Shown one piece after another: positions 1 through 8,881 of a stretch of DNA of 14,677 nucleotides. Numbering within the stretch: position 1 is the first letter of the stretch; each line of letters starts with the position of its first letter. The position numbers were made by a program, and so were the translations under genes. The notes beneath the pieces were generated by a model, which worked only from the letters and a program-made list of their open reading frames with translations, was not told where the DNA came from and searched no databases. Origin of the DNA: Octopus sinensis (taxonomy: Eukaryota); NCBI RefSeq assembly GCF_006345805.1, contig NW_021825756.1:1-14677 (forward strand), read 5' to 3'.

Positions 1-221
1 TTATCTTCTACCCCATGTGTAGCTATGCCCCCTTCTATTTCGTCGAAGGCTTCAAGTAACATGTCTCTAAATCTCTGTCCATTAGCAGGGTCTTTCAGCT
101 TCCAGACCTTCTTCTCCATGTTGGTCGTCTTCTAGTCGTCCTCTTAGTCCTGATCCTAAAGTCACTGACTACCATTCTATGTTGTGGGGTACATTCTTCG
201 CCTGGGAAGGTTTTGGCATTC
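1..221 (-). mobile_element. RTE-clade LINE ORF fragment (end of AP endonuclease domain and linker), runs off the left edge
   Basis: Reverse complement reads NAKTFPGEECTPQHRMVVSDFRIRTKR...(frameshift)VWKLKDPANGQRFRDMLLEAFDEIEG. Clearly homologous to 12835-13030 (+). Confidence 0.8.
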
Positions 222-336
222 ATATAGTGTCTATAATTTTATATATATATATTGTTATAGTATTGTTTATATAAATATAGTGTATAATATATTGTATTAT
301 AATATAGTGTATATAATATTTTATATATATATAGTG

Positions 337-380
<44 letters not shown>

Positions 381-454
381 GGTATATATAATATATAGTG
401 TCTATATATATATAATATATTATATATATATATTGTATATATTAAAGTGTATAT
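222..454. repeat. Degenerate (TA)n microsatellite
   Basis: Almost pure TA with interspersed TAGTG/TATT variants. Confidence 0.95.
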
Positions 455-2808
455 AAAGAGAGCACGGACATGCAGCCTACAAGAAACCCTCAGAATCTTT
501 CCAGCTTGAACTACCATAAGGCAAAACTGGAAACAAATTGAGAAAAAGAGATCCTCAAACAAAACTGGCCTAAATTCTCTCCTCGCCAGACATCGACGTG
601 AAACTTCAACAATTCATGACTGTAACGCAAGCCATATGCTACAAATGTGTGTCCAGAGAGAAAGGCCACTGTACACAAGAACAAAATCCCCAGAGAGAGG
701 AAAATTTAATGAGACGGCGTACAAAAATTTCAAATCGCCTAAACAAACAGATTGAAAGCAGTGAAAAGTCCCGCCTGAAAATAAAACTGTTGGAAATTGA
801 AAAATGTCTGCAACTCTCCCATGAAAAAAAGGAAAGAGCAGACAAGAAGCCTGGGCTATAGACAACATAAATCTAACCCCAGAGCTTTCTACAGGTATGC
901 CAAAGAAACAACTACGGTGCACTGTAGGATAGGGCCACTCCTTGAAAAGGATGGCACACTCACAGGAAAACCAATGAGGGTAAGTGAAACTGACTGAGCA
1001 ATTCAAGAGTGTTTTCACTCCACCCCTCGGGCATTTCCAAATCACCAATCCAACTGACTTCTTTACCACTTCAGCTATAAAATCAGAGGCGGCGACGATA
1101 AATTACATCGATATAAAGGAAGACGATGTAATAAAGGCCATAGATGAAATGAAAACAGACTCAGCTATTGGCCCCAATGGATTCCCGGCAATCCTCTTAA
1201 AAGTATGTAAGAGAGTCCTAGCAAGACCACTGCAGATCCTCTTTCAGAGCTTCCTTGCAGCTGGCAAACTTCCAAGAAAACTGAAGGAAGGCAAAATATG
1301 CCCTATTCATAAAGGAGGTAGCAGAGCAGAGGCCAAGAACTACAGACCTATCTCTCTCACCTCACACATCAGCAAGGTCATGGAACGAATAGTCAGAAGG
1401 AAACTAATCACCTTCCTTGAAGAAAATGACTTGCTGCCCGACACCCAACATGGTTTCCGACCAGGAAGAAGCTGCTTAACTCAGCTCCTACAACACTATG
1501 ACTGGGTGCTGAAACAACTGCTCAACCACTCAAATGTGGAAGTGATATATCTCAACTTTGCAAAGGCCTTTGATAAAGTCGATCATGGAATGATATGTCA
1601 CAAACTGCGTGATCTTGGCATAGTTGGAAAATTGGGAGAATGACTTCATGACTTTCTGAAGAATAGAAGTCAGGTGGTAGCAGCCAATGGGGCCACTTCC
1701 ATCAACACGCAAATAGTGAGCAGTGTTCCGCAGGGCACTGTTTTGGGACCACTACTGTTCATAATGGCCCTCAGCCACGCAGAGAGCCACGATCACAAGT
1801 TATGCAGATGATACAAAAGTTTCACAGGCAATACAGAACCCTGAGGACACTAAACACCTGCAATGTGAGCTGGACGAAATATACAAGTGGGCTGAAAAGA
1901 ATAGCATGCAGTTCAATGCTGAAAAGTTTCAAGCTTTATACTATCAGCATGCAAAACTGAATGCAATACCCAATGAATACACTGGACCTGGAGGGATTGC
2001 AATCCCAGAGGCACATCAGTGCGTGACCTGGGTATTCACATGAGTGATGACGCGACCTTTCATGTACATGTTGCTAAACTGGCAATGAAATGTAGACGGC
2101 TGGCTGGATGGATTCTTAGAACCTTTAGAACAAGAGAACAAGAAACCATGATGGTCCTCTGGAAGACCTTGTCCTAAGCCACTTGACTATTGCTCTCAGC
2201 TATGGTCACCATCCAGTGTCAAGTTGATCACAGAACTTGAGGCGATCCAACGAAGCTACACGAAGAAGATAGCCTCTGTGCAGCATATGAGCTACTGGGA
2301 AAGACTCAAGAGGTTAAAGCTCTATTCCTGGAGCGTAGGCGAGAAAGATATGCCATATATATATTCTGGAAGATCCTGGAAGGACTTGTCCCACACTTTG
2401 GCATCGAGAGTCACACAAATGCCAGAACCGGACGCCACTGCGAAGTACCAAGGACTCCAAATTGCCATCAAGATGTAGGACAAGAATTGTGATAGCCTGG
2501 GCTTCAGAGGCCCACAGCTCTTCAATATCCTCCCGAAGAACCGGAGGGACCTGCATGTTGTAGATGCGGATGTCTTTAAAGTAGGACTGGATCTCTTCCT
2601 GTCAGGTGTCCCGGATGAACCAAACTTCACGGCAGGAGGTGCAGATGAGGGCAGCTGCATCGAACTCTCTCATGCATCAGATGGCGTTTGCTAAAAAGCA
2701 TCTGTGAGGTAAAATCGTGTAGCAAACCAAATGGCGGTGCCCCAGCATGGCCACAGCTCATGAGCTGAAACTGGAAAAATCAAAATCAAATCAAAATCAA
2801 AATCAAAT
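455..2808 (+). mobile_element. 5'-truncated CR1-group (CR1/L2/Crack-like) LINE, copy 1, with intact 3' tail
   Basis: RT motifs YRPISLTS, QHGFRPGRSC, FAKAFDKVDH, VPQGTVLGPLLF, YADD (1801-1812), YCSQLWSP, YWERLKRLKLY. The 3' end has GGCGGTGCCCCAGCATGGCC, a stem-loop (2754-2767) and an (AAATC/AAAATC)n tail. The 5' boundary is approximate. Confidence 0.9.
460..2707 (+). pseudogene. Disrupted ORF2 (reverse transcriptase) of LINE copy 1
   Basis: Pieces match ORFs 598-861, 797-997, 984-1643 and 2224-2478. TGA at 1641-1643 lies where copy 3 has Trp (GEWIHDFL). YLNFAKAFD has N at the catalytic Asp position. Several frameshifts; ends ...AAASNSLMHQMAFAKKHL* at 2707. Confidence 0.85.
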
Positions 2809-2849
2809 ATATAGTGTATATATATATATATATATATACACTATATACA

Positions 2850-3124
2850 CCAGCCTCGTCTGGCACCTGTGTCGGTGGCACATAAAAAACACCATCCGAG
2901 CGTGGCCGTTCGCCAGCCTCGTCTGGCACCTGTGTCGGTGGCACATAAAATCACCCACTACACTCTCGGAGTGGTTGGCGTTAGGAAGGGCATCCAGCCG
3001 TAGAAATACTGCCAGATTTGACTGGGCCTGATGAAGCCTTCTGGCTTCACAGACCCCAGTAGAACCGTCCAACTCATGCTAGCATGGAAAACGGACGCTA
3101 AACGACGATGATGATGATGATGAT
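2850..3124 (+). mobile_element. RTE-type 3' UTR fragment (or derived SINE) with (GAT)n tail
   Basis: Repeat units with 63-bp period (2851, 2914), GGCGTTAGGAAGGGCATCCAGCC motif, CATGCTAGCATG palindrome, (GAT)n tail. Homologous to 4597-4943 and 5145-5710. Confidence 0.8.
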
Positions 3125-3153
3125 AGTGTATAGATATATTATATAGTGTATAT

Positions 3154-3210
<57 letters not shown>
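3125..3210. repeat. Degenerate (TA)n microsatellite
   Basis: Direct inspection. Confidence 0.9.
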
Positions 3211-3219
<9 letters not shown>

Positions 3220-3368
3220 CCACTCTCTTATATTTATTTTGTAAAAATATTATAATATATTATAAAATATTATAATAATCCAGGTTTCTCGGAGCACTAG
3301 GCCACTTGGTGTAGAATAGATATACTATTAAATTAGTATCTAATTCTCTCACCCTTATTAATTAATTA
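3211..3368 (+). repeat. Terminal direct repeat, copy A (158 bp)
   Basis: ATATAGTGACCACTCTC...CCCTTATTAATTAATTA; matches 3743-3905 apart from three indels (8, 2 and 1 nt). Confidence 0.95.
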
Positions 3369-3529
3369 TATTATGCTGCATTTATTTCTAAATGCTGTAT
3401 TTGTTTTCCGTGAAAATTTGGCGCGCTGTTAGTTGGGGCATTGAATTATAACGTCGGATGTAATCAATTGAACCACACGCGTATTTATCGTTATGGTAAA
3501 ATCTGGCGTGTGATTGAGTGGATTTCATC

Positions 3530-3624
3530 CAGATAGTTTTGGCTGAGGAGCTACAAGTGGATTTTTTTGTAAGTAAAATACATTTAATTCATTAATAGCG
3601 AAACAATTGTCCCAAAATAATCTG
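3530..3624 (+). ncRNA. Type I hammerhead ribozyme HHR-1
   Basis: Helix I CAGATAGTTTTGG(3530-3542)/CCAAAATAATCTG(3612-3624); core CTGAGGA 3543-3549; helix II GCTA(3550-3553)/TAGC(3596-3599) plus extension 3556-3563/3586-3593; GAAA 3600-3603; helix III within palindrome ACAATTGT 3603-3610; GUC cleavage triplet 3609-3611. Confidence 0.88.
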
Positions 3625-3742
3625 TAGTTTTGTTATTTTTTATTTGCCCTGTCCGTGTGAGCTAACAATCGTACTGACTTTCATGGAAAAATGTATTTTT
3701 GTGGTTTGAAACCTTTTGGATTAACTGGTGCTAGAGTGAGCC

Positions 3743-3905
3743 ATATAGTGACCACTCTCTTATATTTATTTTGTAAAAATTATAATATATTATAAAATAT
3801 TATAATAATCCAGGTTTCTCGGAGCAATAGAGCACTAGGCCACTTGGTGTAGAATAGATATACTATTAATTAGTATCTAATTCTCTCACCCTTATTAATT
3901 AATTA
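3743..3905 (+). repeat. Terminal direct repeat, copy B (163 bp)
   Basis: Matches 3211-3368; has GGAGCAATAGAGCAC where copy A has GGAGCAC. Confidence 0.95.
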
Positions 3906-4042
3906 ATATATATATATATATATATATAGTGTAATATAATATATATATATAGTGTATATATATATATATATAGTGTATATATAGTGTATATATATATAGT
4001 GTATATATATATATATATATATATATAGTGTATATATATATA

Positions 4043-4088
<46 letters not shown>

Positions 4089-4096
4089 TATATATA
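3906..4096. repeat. (TA)n with recurring TAGTG interruptions
   Basis: Direct inspection. Confidence 0.95.
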
Positions 4097-4463
4097 TCTC
4101 TCTCTATATAAACGGCAGTTTGTCTGTCTGTGTTCTGTGTGTCTGTCAGGTTGTACCCTCACCCTGACCACGGCTTTCAACCGATTCTGATGAAACTTGA
4201 CACACACATAGCCCAATGTCATAATTCAAAACTACGCAGCGAAAATTTTGAAAAGTTCCCCCAGTTCTGAAAAAACTCGATAAATTCGACATGGGGTCGA
4301 GAATCAGAAACACAAACCACAGACTGTCTAGGGGACGCAACTCGACCTTTTTTACTAAAAAAAAAATTACCATCGTTTTTTTCCATCTTTTTGCTATAAC
4401 TCTCTAAAATACGTTATAGTTATTTCCCTTACAAACCCGAGCAACGCCGGGTGATACTGCTAG
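4097..4463 (+). mobile_element. Non-autonomous Helitron (367 bp)
   Basis: 5' TC at 4097 after A, 3' CTAG at 4460-4463 before T, subterminal GC-rich hairpin ACCCGAGCAACGCCGGGT (4435-4452), internal (TGTC)-type microsatellite near the 5' end. Confidence 0.85.
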
Positions 4464-4494
4464 TATATATATATATATATATATATAATATATC

Positions 4495-4534
<40 letters not shown>

Positions 4535-4596
4535 TATATATATATATATAATATATATATATATATAGTGTATATATATATATATATATATAATAT
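4464..4596. repeat. Degenerate (TA)n microsatellite
   Basis: Direct inspection. Confidence 0.9.
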
Positions 4597-4943
4597 ATCA
4601 TCATCATCATCATCATCATTAGCGTCCGTTTTCCATGCTAGCATGGGTTGGACGGTTCAACTGGGGTCTGAGGAGCCCGAAGACTGCATCAGGCCAGTCA
4701 GATCTGGCAGTGTTTCTACAGCTGGATGCCCTTCCTAACGCCAACCACTCCGAGAGTGTAGTGGGTATATTTTATGTGCCACCGACACAGGTGCCAGACG
4801 AGGCTGGCGAACGGCAGACGGCCACGCTCGGATGGTGTTTTTATGTGCCACCGACACAGGTGCCAGATGAGGCTGGCGAACGGCCACGATCGGATGGTGT
4901 TTGTTACGTGCCCACAGCACGGAGGCCAGTCGTTGCGGTACTG
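4597..4943 (-). mobile_element. RTE-type 3' UTR fragment (or derived SINE) with (GAT)n tail
   Basis: (ATC)n from 4597, palindrome 4633-4646, reverse-complement GGAAGGGCATCCAGC motif, repeat units starting near 4771, 4840 and 4904. Confidence 0.8.
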
Positions 4944-5144
4944 ATATATATATATATATATTGTATATATATATAGATTGTATATATATATAGTGTGTAT
5001 ATATATATAGTGTTATTATATAATATAGTGTATATATATATATATATATTATATATATTGTATATATATAGTGTATATATATATAGTGTATATATATATA
5101 GTGTATATATATATAGTGTATATATATTATATATATATATATTA
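4944..5144. repeat. Degenerate (TA)n microsatellite
   Basis: Direct inspection. Confidence 0.9.
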
Positions 5145-5710
5145 TTTGGAAATATGCTGTGGTTGAGAAGACGCGGCAAGCCAAATAAGACCATAACCTG
5201 CGGGCTATGAAATGAGACCATAACCTGTGGCCTATGCTAGGAGTGTAACCAGCCCACTTATGCATACCTTTTCCTTCTTTGGTCACTAAACTCTGCTTGC
5301 AAACACCTGTCGCCTTACTGGCACTTGTGCCCGTGCTAGGGTACCAAGTGCACCATCCGAGCGTGATCGTTGCCGGAGCGGCAAACTGGCTCAGTGCCGG
5401 TGGCAAGTAAAAAGGCACCATTCGAGCGTGATCGTTGCAAGCATCGCTTTGCTGGCACCTGTGCCGGTGGCATGTGTAGGGGGATTCAAGCAAGGTCATT
5501 GCCAGTGCCGCCTGACTGGCCCCGTGCTGGTGGCACATAAAAAGCACCCACTACACTCTCGCAATGGTTGGCATTAGGAAGGGCATCCAGCTGTAGAAAC
5601 TCTGCCAGATCAAGATTGGAGCCTGGTGCGGCCGTCTGGTTCGCCAGCCTCAGTCAAAATCGTCCAACCCATGCTAGCATGGAAAGCGGACGTTATATGA
5701 TGATGATGAT
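5145..5710 (+). mobile_element. RTE-clade LINE 3' end: probable ORF terminus, 3' UTR and (GAT)n tail
   Basis: Begins WKYAVVEKTRQAK* (resembles an RTE ORF C-terminus; inference), 27-bp duplication 5183-5236, diverged ~60-bp repeats, GGAAGGGCATCCAGC motif, CCATGCTAGCATGG 5669-5682, (GAT)n. Confidence 0.72.
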
Positions 5711-5711
5711 G

Positions 5712-5772
<61 letters not shown>

Positions 5773-5877
5773 GTATATATATATAATATTATTATATATT
5801 GGTGTGTGTATATATATATATATTATATATATTGTATATATGTGTGGTGTGTGTATATTGTATAATAATATATATAC

Positions 5878-5935
<58 letters not shown>

Positions 5936-5960
5936 TGTACATATATATTACATATTATAT
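5711..5960. repeat. (TA)n/(TG)n microsatellite
   Basis: Direct inspection. Confidence 0.9.
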
Positions 5961-6338
5961 TCTCTTTTACTTGTTTCAGTCATTTGACTGTGGCCATGCT
6001 GGAGCACCGCCTGTAATCGAGCAACTCGGCCCCGGGACTTATTCTTTTGTAAGCCCAGTACTTATTCTATCGGTCTCTTTTGCCGAACTGCTAAGTAACG
6101 GGGACATAAATACACCAGCATCGGTTGTCAAACAATGCTAGCGGGACAAACACAGACACACAAACATGCATACATATATATACATATATACGACAGGCTT
6201 CTTTCAGTTTCCATCTACCAAATCCACTCACAAGGCTTTGGTCGGCCCAAGGCTATACTAGAAGACACTTGCCCAAGGTGCCACGCAGTGGGACTGAACC
6301 AGGAACCATGTGGTTGGTAAACAAGCTACTTACCACTC
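5961..6338 (-). mobile_element. tRNA-derived CORE-like SINE with LINE-derived 3' tail
   Basis: Minus strand: partial tRNA-like head (GTGGTAAGTAGC), B-box-like GGTTCAGTCCC (6290-6300), CORE-like CCTTGGGCAAGT (6267-6278), central TA/TG microsatellite, tail GGCGGTGCTCCAGCATGGCCACAGTCAAATGACTGAAACAAGTAAAAGAGA. Second copy at 13521-13884. Confidence 0.85.
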
Positions 6339-6341
6339 ATA

Positions 6342-6392
6342 TTTTTTTTATTTCATCTAGTTTCAGCTCACGAGCTGTGGCACCACCATTTA
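6342..6392 (-). mobile_element. Tail-only stub of the CR1-group LINE (internally deleted)
   Basis: Reverse complement AAATGGTGGTGCCACAGCTCGTGAGCTGAAACTAGATGAAATAAAAAAAA matches 2729-2775 and 7291-7337, lacking 11 nt (CCAGCATGGCC). Confidence 0.8.
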
Positions 6393-6441
6393 TATTTATA
6401 TGTATATTACATATCATATATATTGTATATATATATTATAT

Positions 6442-6486
<45 letters not shown>

Positions 6487-7289
6487 TGTATGTATATATA
6501 TTTATATTATTATAATTTACATAATATTCATTGATAAGATAAGTAACGTTTTTTTATTTAACAATATTTAATTTTTGAATTGTATTATGTTTGATTATTA
6601 TTATTATTTGGTTAAATATTAATTTATATATAATTTCTTGATAATTATTAGTTACAATACGTATATCTATTTAATTTATTATGTTTATTATTATTTTTAT
6701 AATGTGATTTAATATATAACATAATTTACTTTGAGAAATAGTTTTGTAAGACAATATATTATTTAATAGTTAGGAGGTCTTTTTGTTACATAGTATTACA
6801 TTTAAGTAAATAAGTTTAATATTAATTGATATTTTGGTCAACTCTATAAGTGAGTGAAATATTAAATCTATATATACTATTTATAAATTAATAATATTGT
6901 AAGTGTATATAATAGGTGTGTATATATTTGAACCATTTTCTATTTTTAAATCTAATATTTATAGCTTTTACTAGCATTATGTATATAACTTAACATGAAG
7001 TTTTTTTAGTATATATTACTTAATTAGAATAAGATTTAACTTAGATGTTTATTAAATAAATAAATTAATTAATTAATAATTTGATTTAATGCATATAGAA
7101 TAAATTATAGTATTTTAGTTTTCACTTAATGTATATTTTGTATTTTATATATATACATATATATATATATTTGTTTTAAATAATTTAATTGTATTTTATT
7201 TTCTAGTAATGATATATTATAGTTTGTTTTTCTTTTCTTATATAAGTTAAAATTTTATTTTTATAGATATAATAACTATTTACAACTGG
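6393..7289. other. (TA)n grading into extremely AT-rich low-complexity sequence of unknown origin
   Basis: No recognisable coding signal; may be part of the element carrying HHR-2. Confidence 0.5.
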
Positions 7290-7354
7290 TAAATGGCGGT
7301 GCCCCAGCATGGCCGCAGCTCGTGAGCTGAAACTAGAATCAATCGAATCAATCA
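7290..7354 (+). mobile_element. Tail-only stub (~65 bp) of the CR1-group LINE
   Basis: AAATGGCGGTGCCCCAGCATGGCCGCAGCTCGTGAGCTGAAACTA followed by (GAATCAATC)2; near identical to 2729-2772. Confidence 0.85.
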
Positions 7355-7474
7355 TTTATACCTCTTTATTCTATTTCTATTTACACCAGAATATATTTGT
7401 TAAGATATTTCGTATTTTACAAGATCATAAACATATATTTATTTATTTATTTAATTGTTTTTATTTTTTATCTT

Positions 7475-7560
7475 TGACCTGAAGAGTGGCTCTATATGTA
7501 AATTGAATTGATTTTACTGTTATCATTTCTTAAATATAGCCCATGAAACATGTGTAGTCA
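7475..7560 (+). ncRNA. Type I hammerhead ribozyme HHR-2
   Basis: Helix I TGAC(7475-7478)/GTCA(7557-7560); core CTGAAGA 7479-7485; helix II GTGG-ct-CTATAT(7486-7497)/ATATAG-c-CCAT(7534-7544); GAAA 7545-7548; helix III AC/GT with ATGT loop; GUA triplet 7554-7556. Confidence 0.75.
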
Positions 7561-7725
7561 TTTTACCAAATTTATACGTTTTATGCGTTATTTTGCACAT
7601 TACTTAATCATTGGTATATGTTTTTATTTTATATAAAATTTTTTCTATAGGATGTCATTTTTTTCTATATGGTATAATTTAATTTTTTCATTGTTGAATT
7701 GATTAAAGGTGTTTTTTTCTAATTC

Positions 7726-7727
<2 letters not shown>

Positions 7728-7777
<50 letters not shown>

Positions 7778-7868
7778 CATATTATATTTTACATATGTAT
7801 ATATATGCTTACATATATTGTATATTTACATATATATATATATTGTATACTTACATATTATATATGTA
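7728..7868. repeat. Degenerate (TA)n microsatellite
   Basis: Direct inspection. Confidence 0.85.
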
Positions 7869-8209
7869 ATGGTGGATATTGTCTCAAAACAACACTTATT
7901 GAAAGACAATATCCACCCTCTCTTATCGACGAGGGAATTAAACGGCCCAAACAATTGGACACAAAACACTAAGAACTAAAAAACATAGCACCACACCTCA
8001 AACCAAAACATTACTATTTATATCAACAGACAACTCTAGAAACAGTGAGGCATTCAACACTATTGTGCAAACTCTTCCTTTACTAACTAGAGATCCAAAA
8101 ATGAACAACATCCTGAAAACACACAAACTCATCAAATGCAAAAAAACAAGACAAATCGCTAAAGAGATTACTAACAAATGCGAAGCTTTACAAAGCAACC
8201 ACGAAACCA

Positions 8210-8599
8210 ATGGTTGAAACGTGTGGATGCCCAAACCTGCTTGAAGGCTCAGATTTCCTTTTCAAACAAGGACAGAGGTTCAGAATTAAAACTAGTTTCA
8301 CCTGTCCCTCTGAGTACCTAATTTATGTAATAACCTGCTCGGGTTGCAGACACCACTATACTGGACAAACGAGTATGACCTTGAGAAAGAGAACCACTCT
8401 ACATAAGGAGTGAAGTCGTTTCCCGCAATACAAATTCCTCTCAGTGAACATATAGCAAAAATGTGCAGGTAACATCAAACCAAATTTCACAGTCTTCCCT
8501 TTCTACCAGTGCAAAGACACAATCTTTCAACTAGAACATTTAAATAAAGAAACTTTTTTCATTGAAAAATACAAAACATGTCTTAATATGCACTCATAA
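8210..8599 (+). pseudogene. GIY-YIG endonuclease domain of the PLE, disrupted
   Basis: LIY-x3-C-x2-C-x3-YTGQT...R-x3-H...H pattern (CCHH-bearing GIY-YIG typical of PLEs); premature TGA 8411-8413 and frameshifts. Confidence 0.85.
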
Positions 8600-8881
8600 T
8601 CAACTTTTATCTTTTTACATATTTCAATTGATGATTACATCTCTGTACATAAATCCGCTACTAAACAAGGTTTTTGAAACTTGTCTCTGTCTGTACACAT
8701 ATATAATCCTCACCCATTACCGAAAGCTGAACAGTTATCTCCCTTACCCACAACAATAACAATCATAACGACAACCAATTACCTCCTTTTATCTACTTGT
8801 GAATTTACTCGTGAATTTCCTCACACACAACATGGACCAAATTTCTTAAGAAAAAATATATATTCAAATAAGTAAAACATA

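Larger units (their letters stand above)
3211..3905 (+). mobile_element. Non-coding hammerhead-containing element, 1.3 copies of a 532-nt unit (retrozyme-like or PLE pseudo-LTR derivative)
   Basis: Direct repeat 3211-3368 / 3743-3905 (period 532), internal HHR at 3530-3624, no ORF of 60 aa or more in the track, (TA)n on both sides. Confidence 0.7.

Noticed and set aside
614-2660. Minus-strand ORFs 614-1069, 1530-1712 and 2314-2660
   Set aside because: Antisense shadows of LINE ORF2 with no recognisable motifs.
2851-2948. Repeat-spacer-like pattern suggesting CRISPR
   Set aside because: Whole units repeat without unique spacers, in a eukaryotic TE UTR with no cas genes.
3028-3065. CTGATGA followed by a hairpin, resembling a hammerhead core
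   Set aside because: No GAAA after the stem (reads TCAC), no helix I/III, and the homologous copy reads CTGATGC.
3211-3905. LTR retrotransposon or TRIM with 160-bp LTRs
   Set aside because: No TG...CA termini, no recognisable primer-binding site or polypurine tract; a partial tandem with an HHR fits better.
4187-4200. CTGATGAAAC in the Helitron
   Set aside because: No room for helix II between CTGATGA and GAAA, and no flanking helices.
4668-4695. CTGAGGA...GAAG hammerhead-like string
   Set aside because: GAAG rather than GAAA, no valid helices, and it is the antisense of the RTE UTR.
4735-5547. 270-aa ORF on the minus strand
   Set aside because: Chance read-through across two RTE UTRs and a TA tract.
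6280-6338. tRNA gene
   Set aside because: Only a truncated tRNA-like SINE head; no full cloverleaf.
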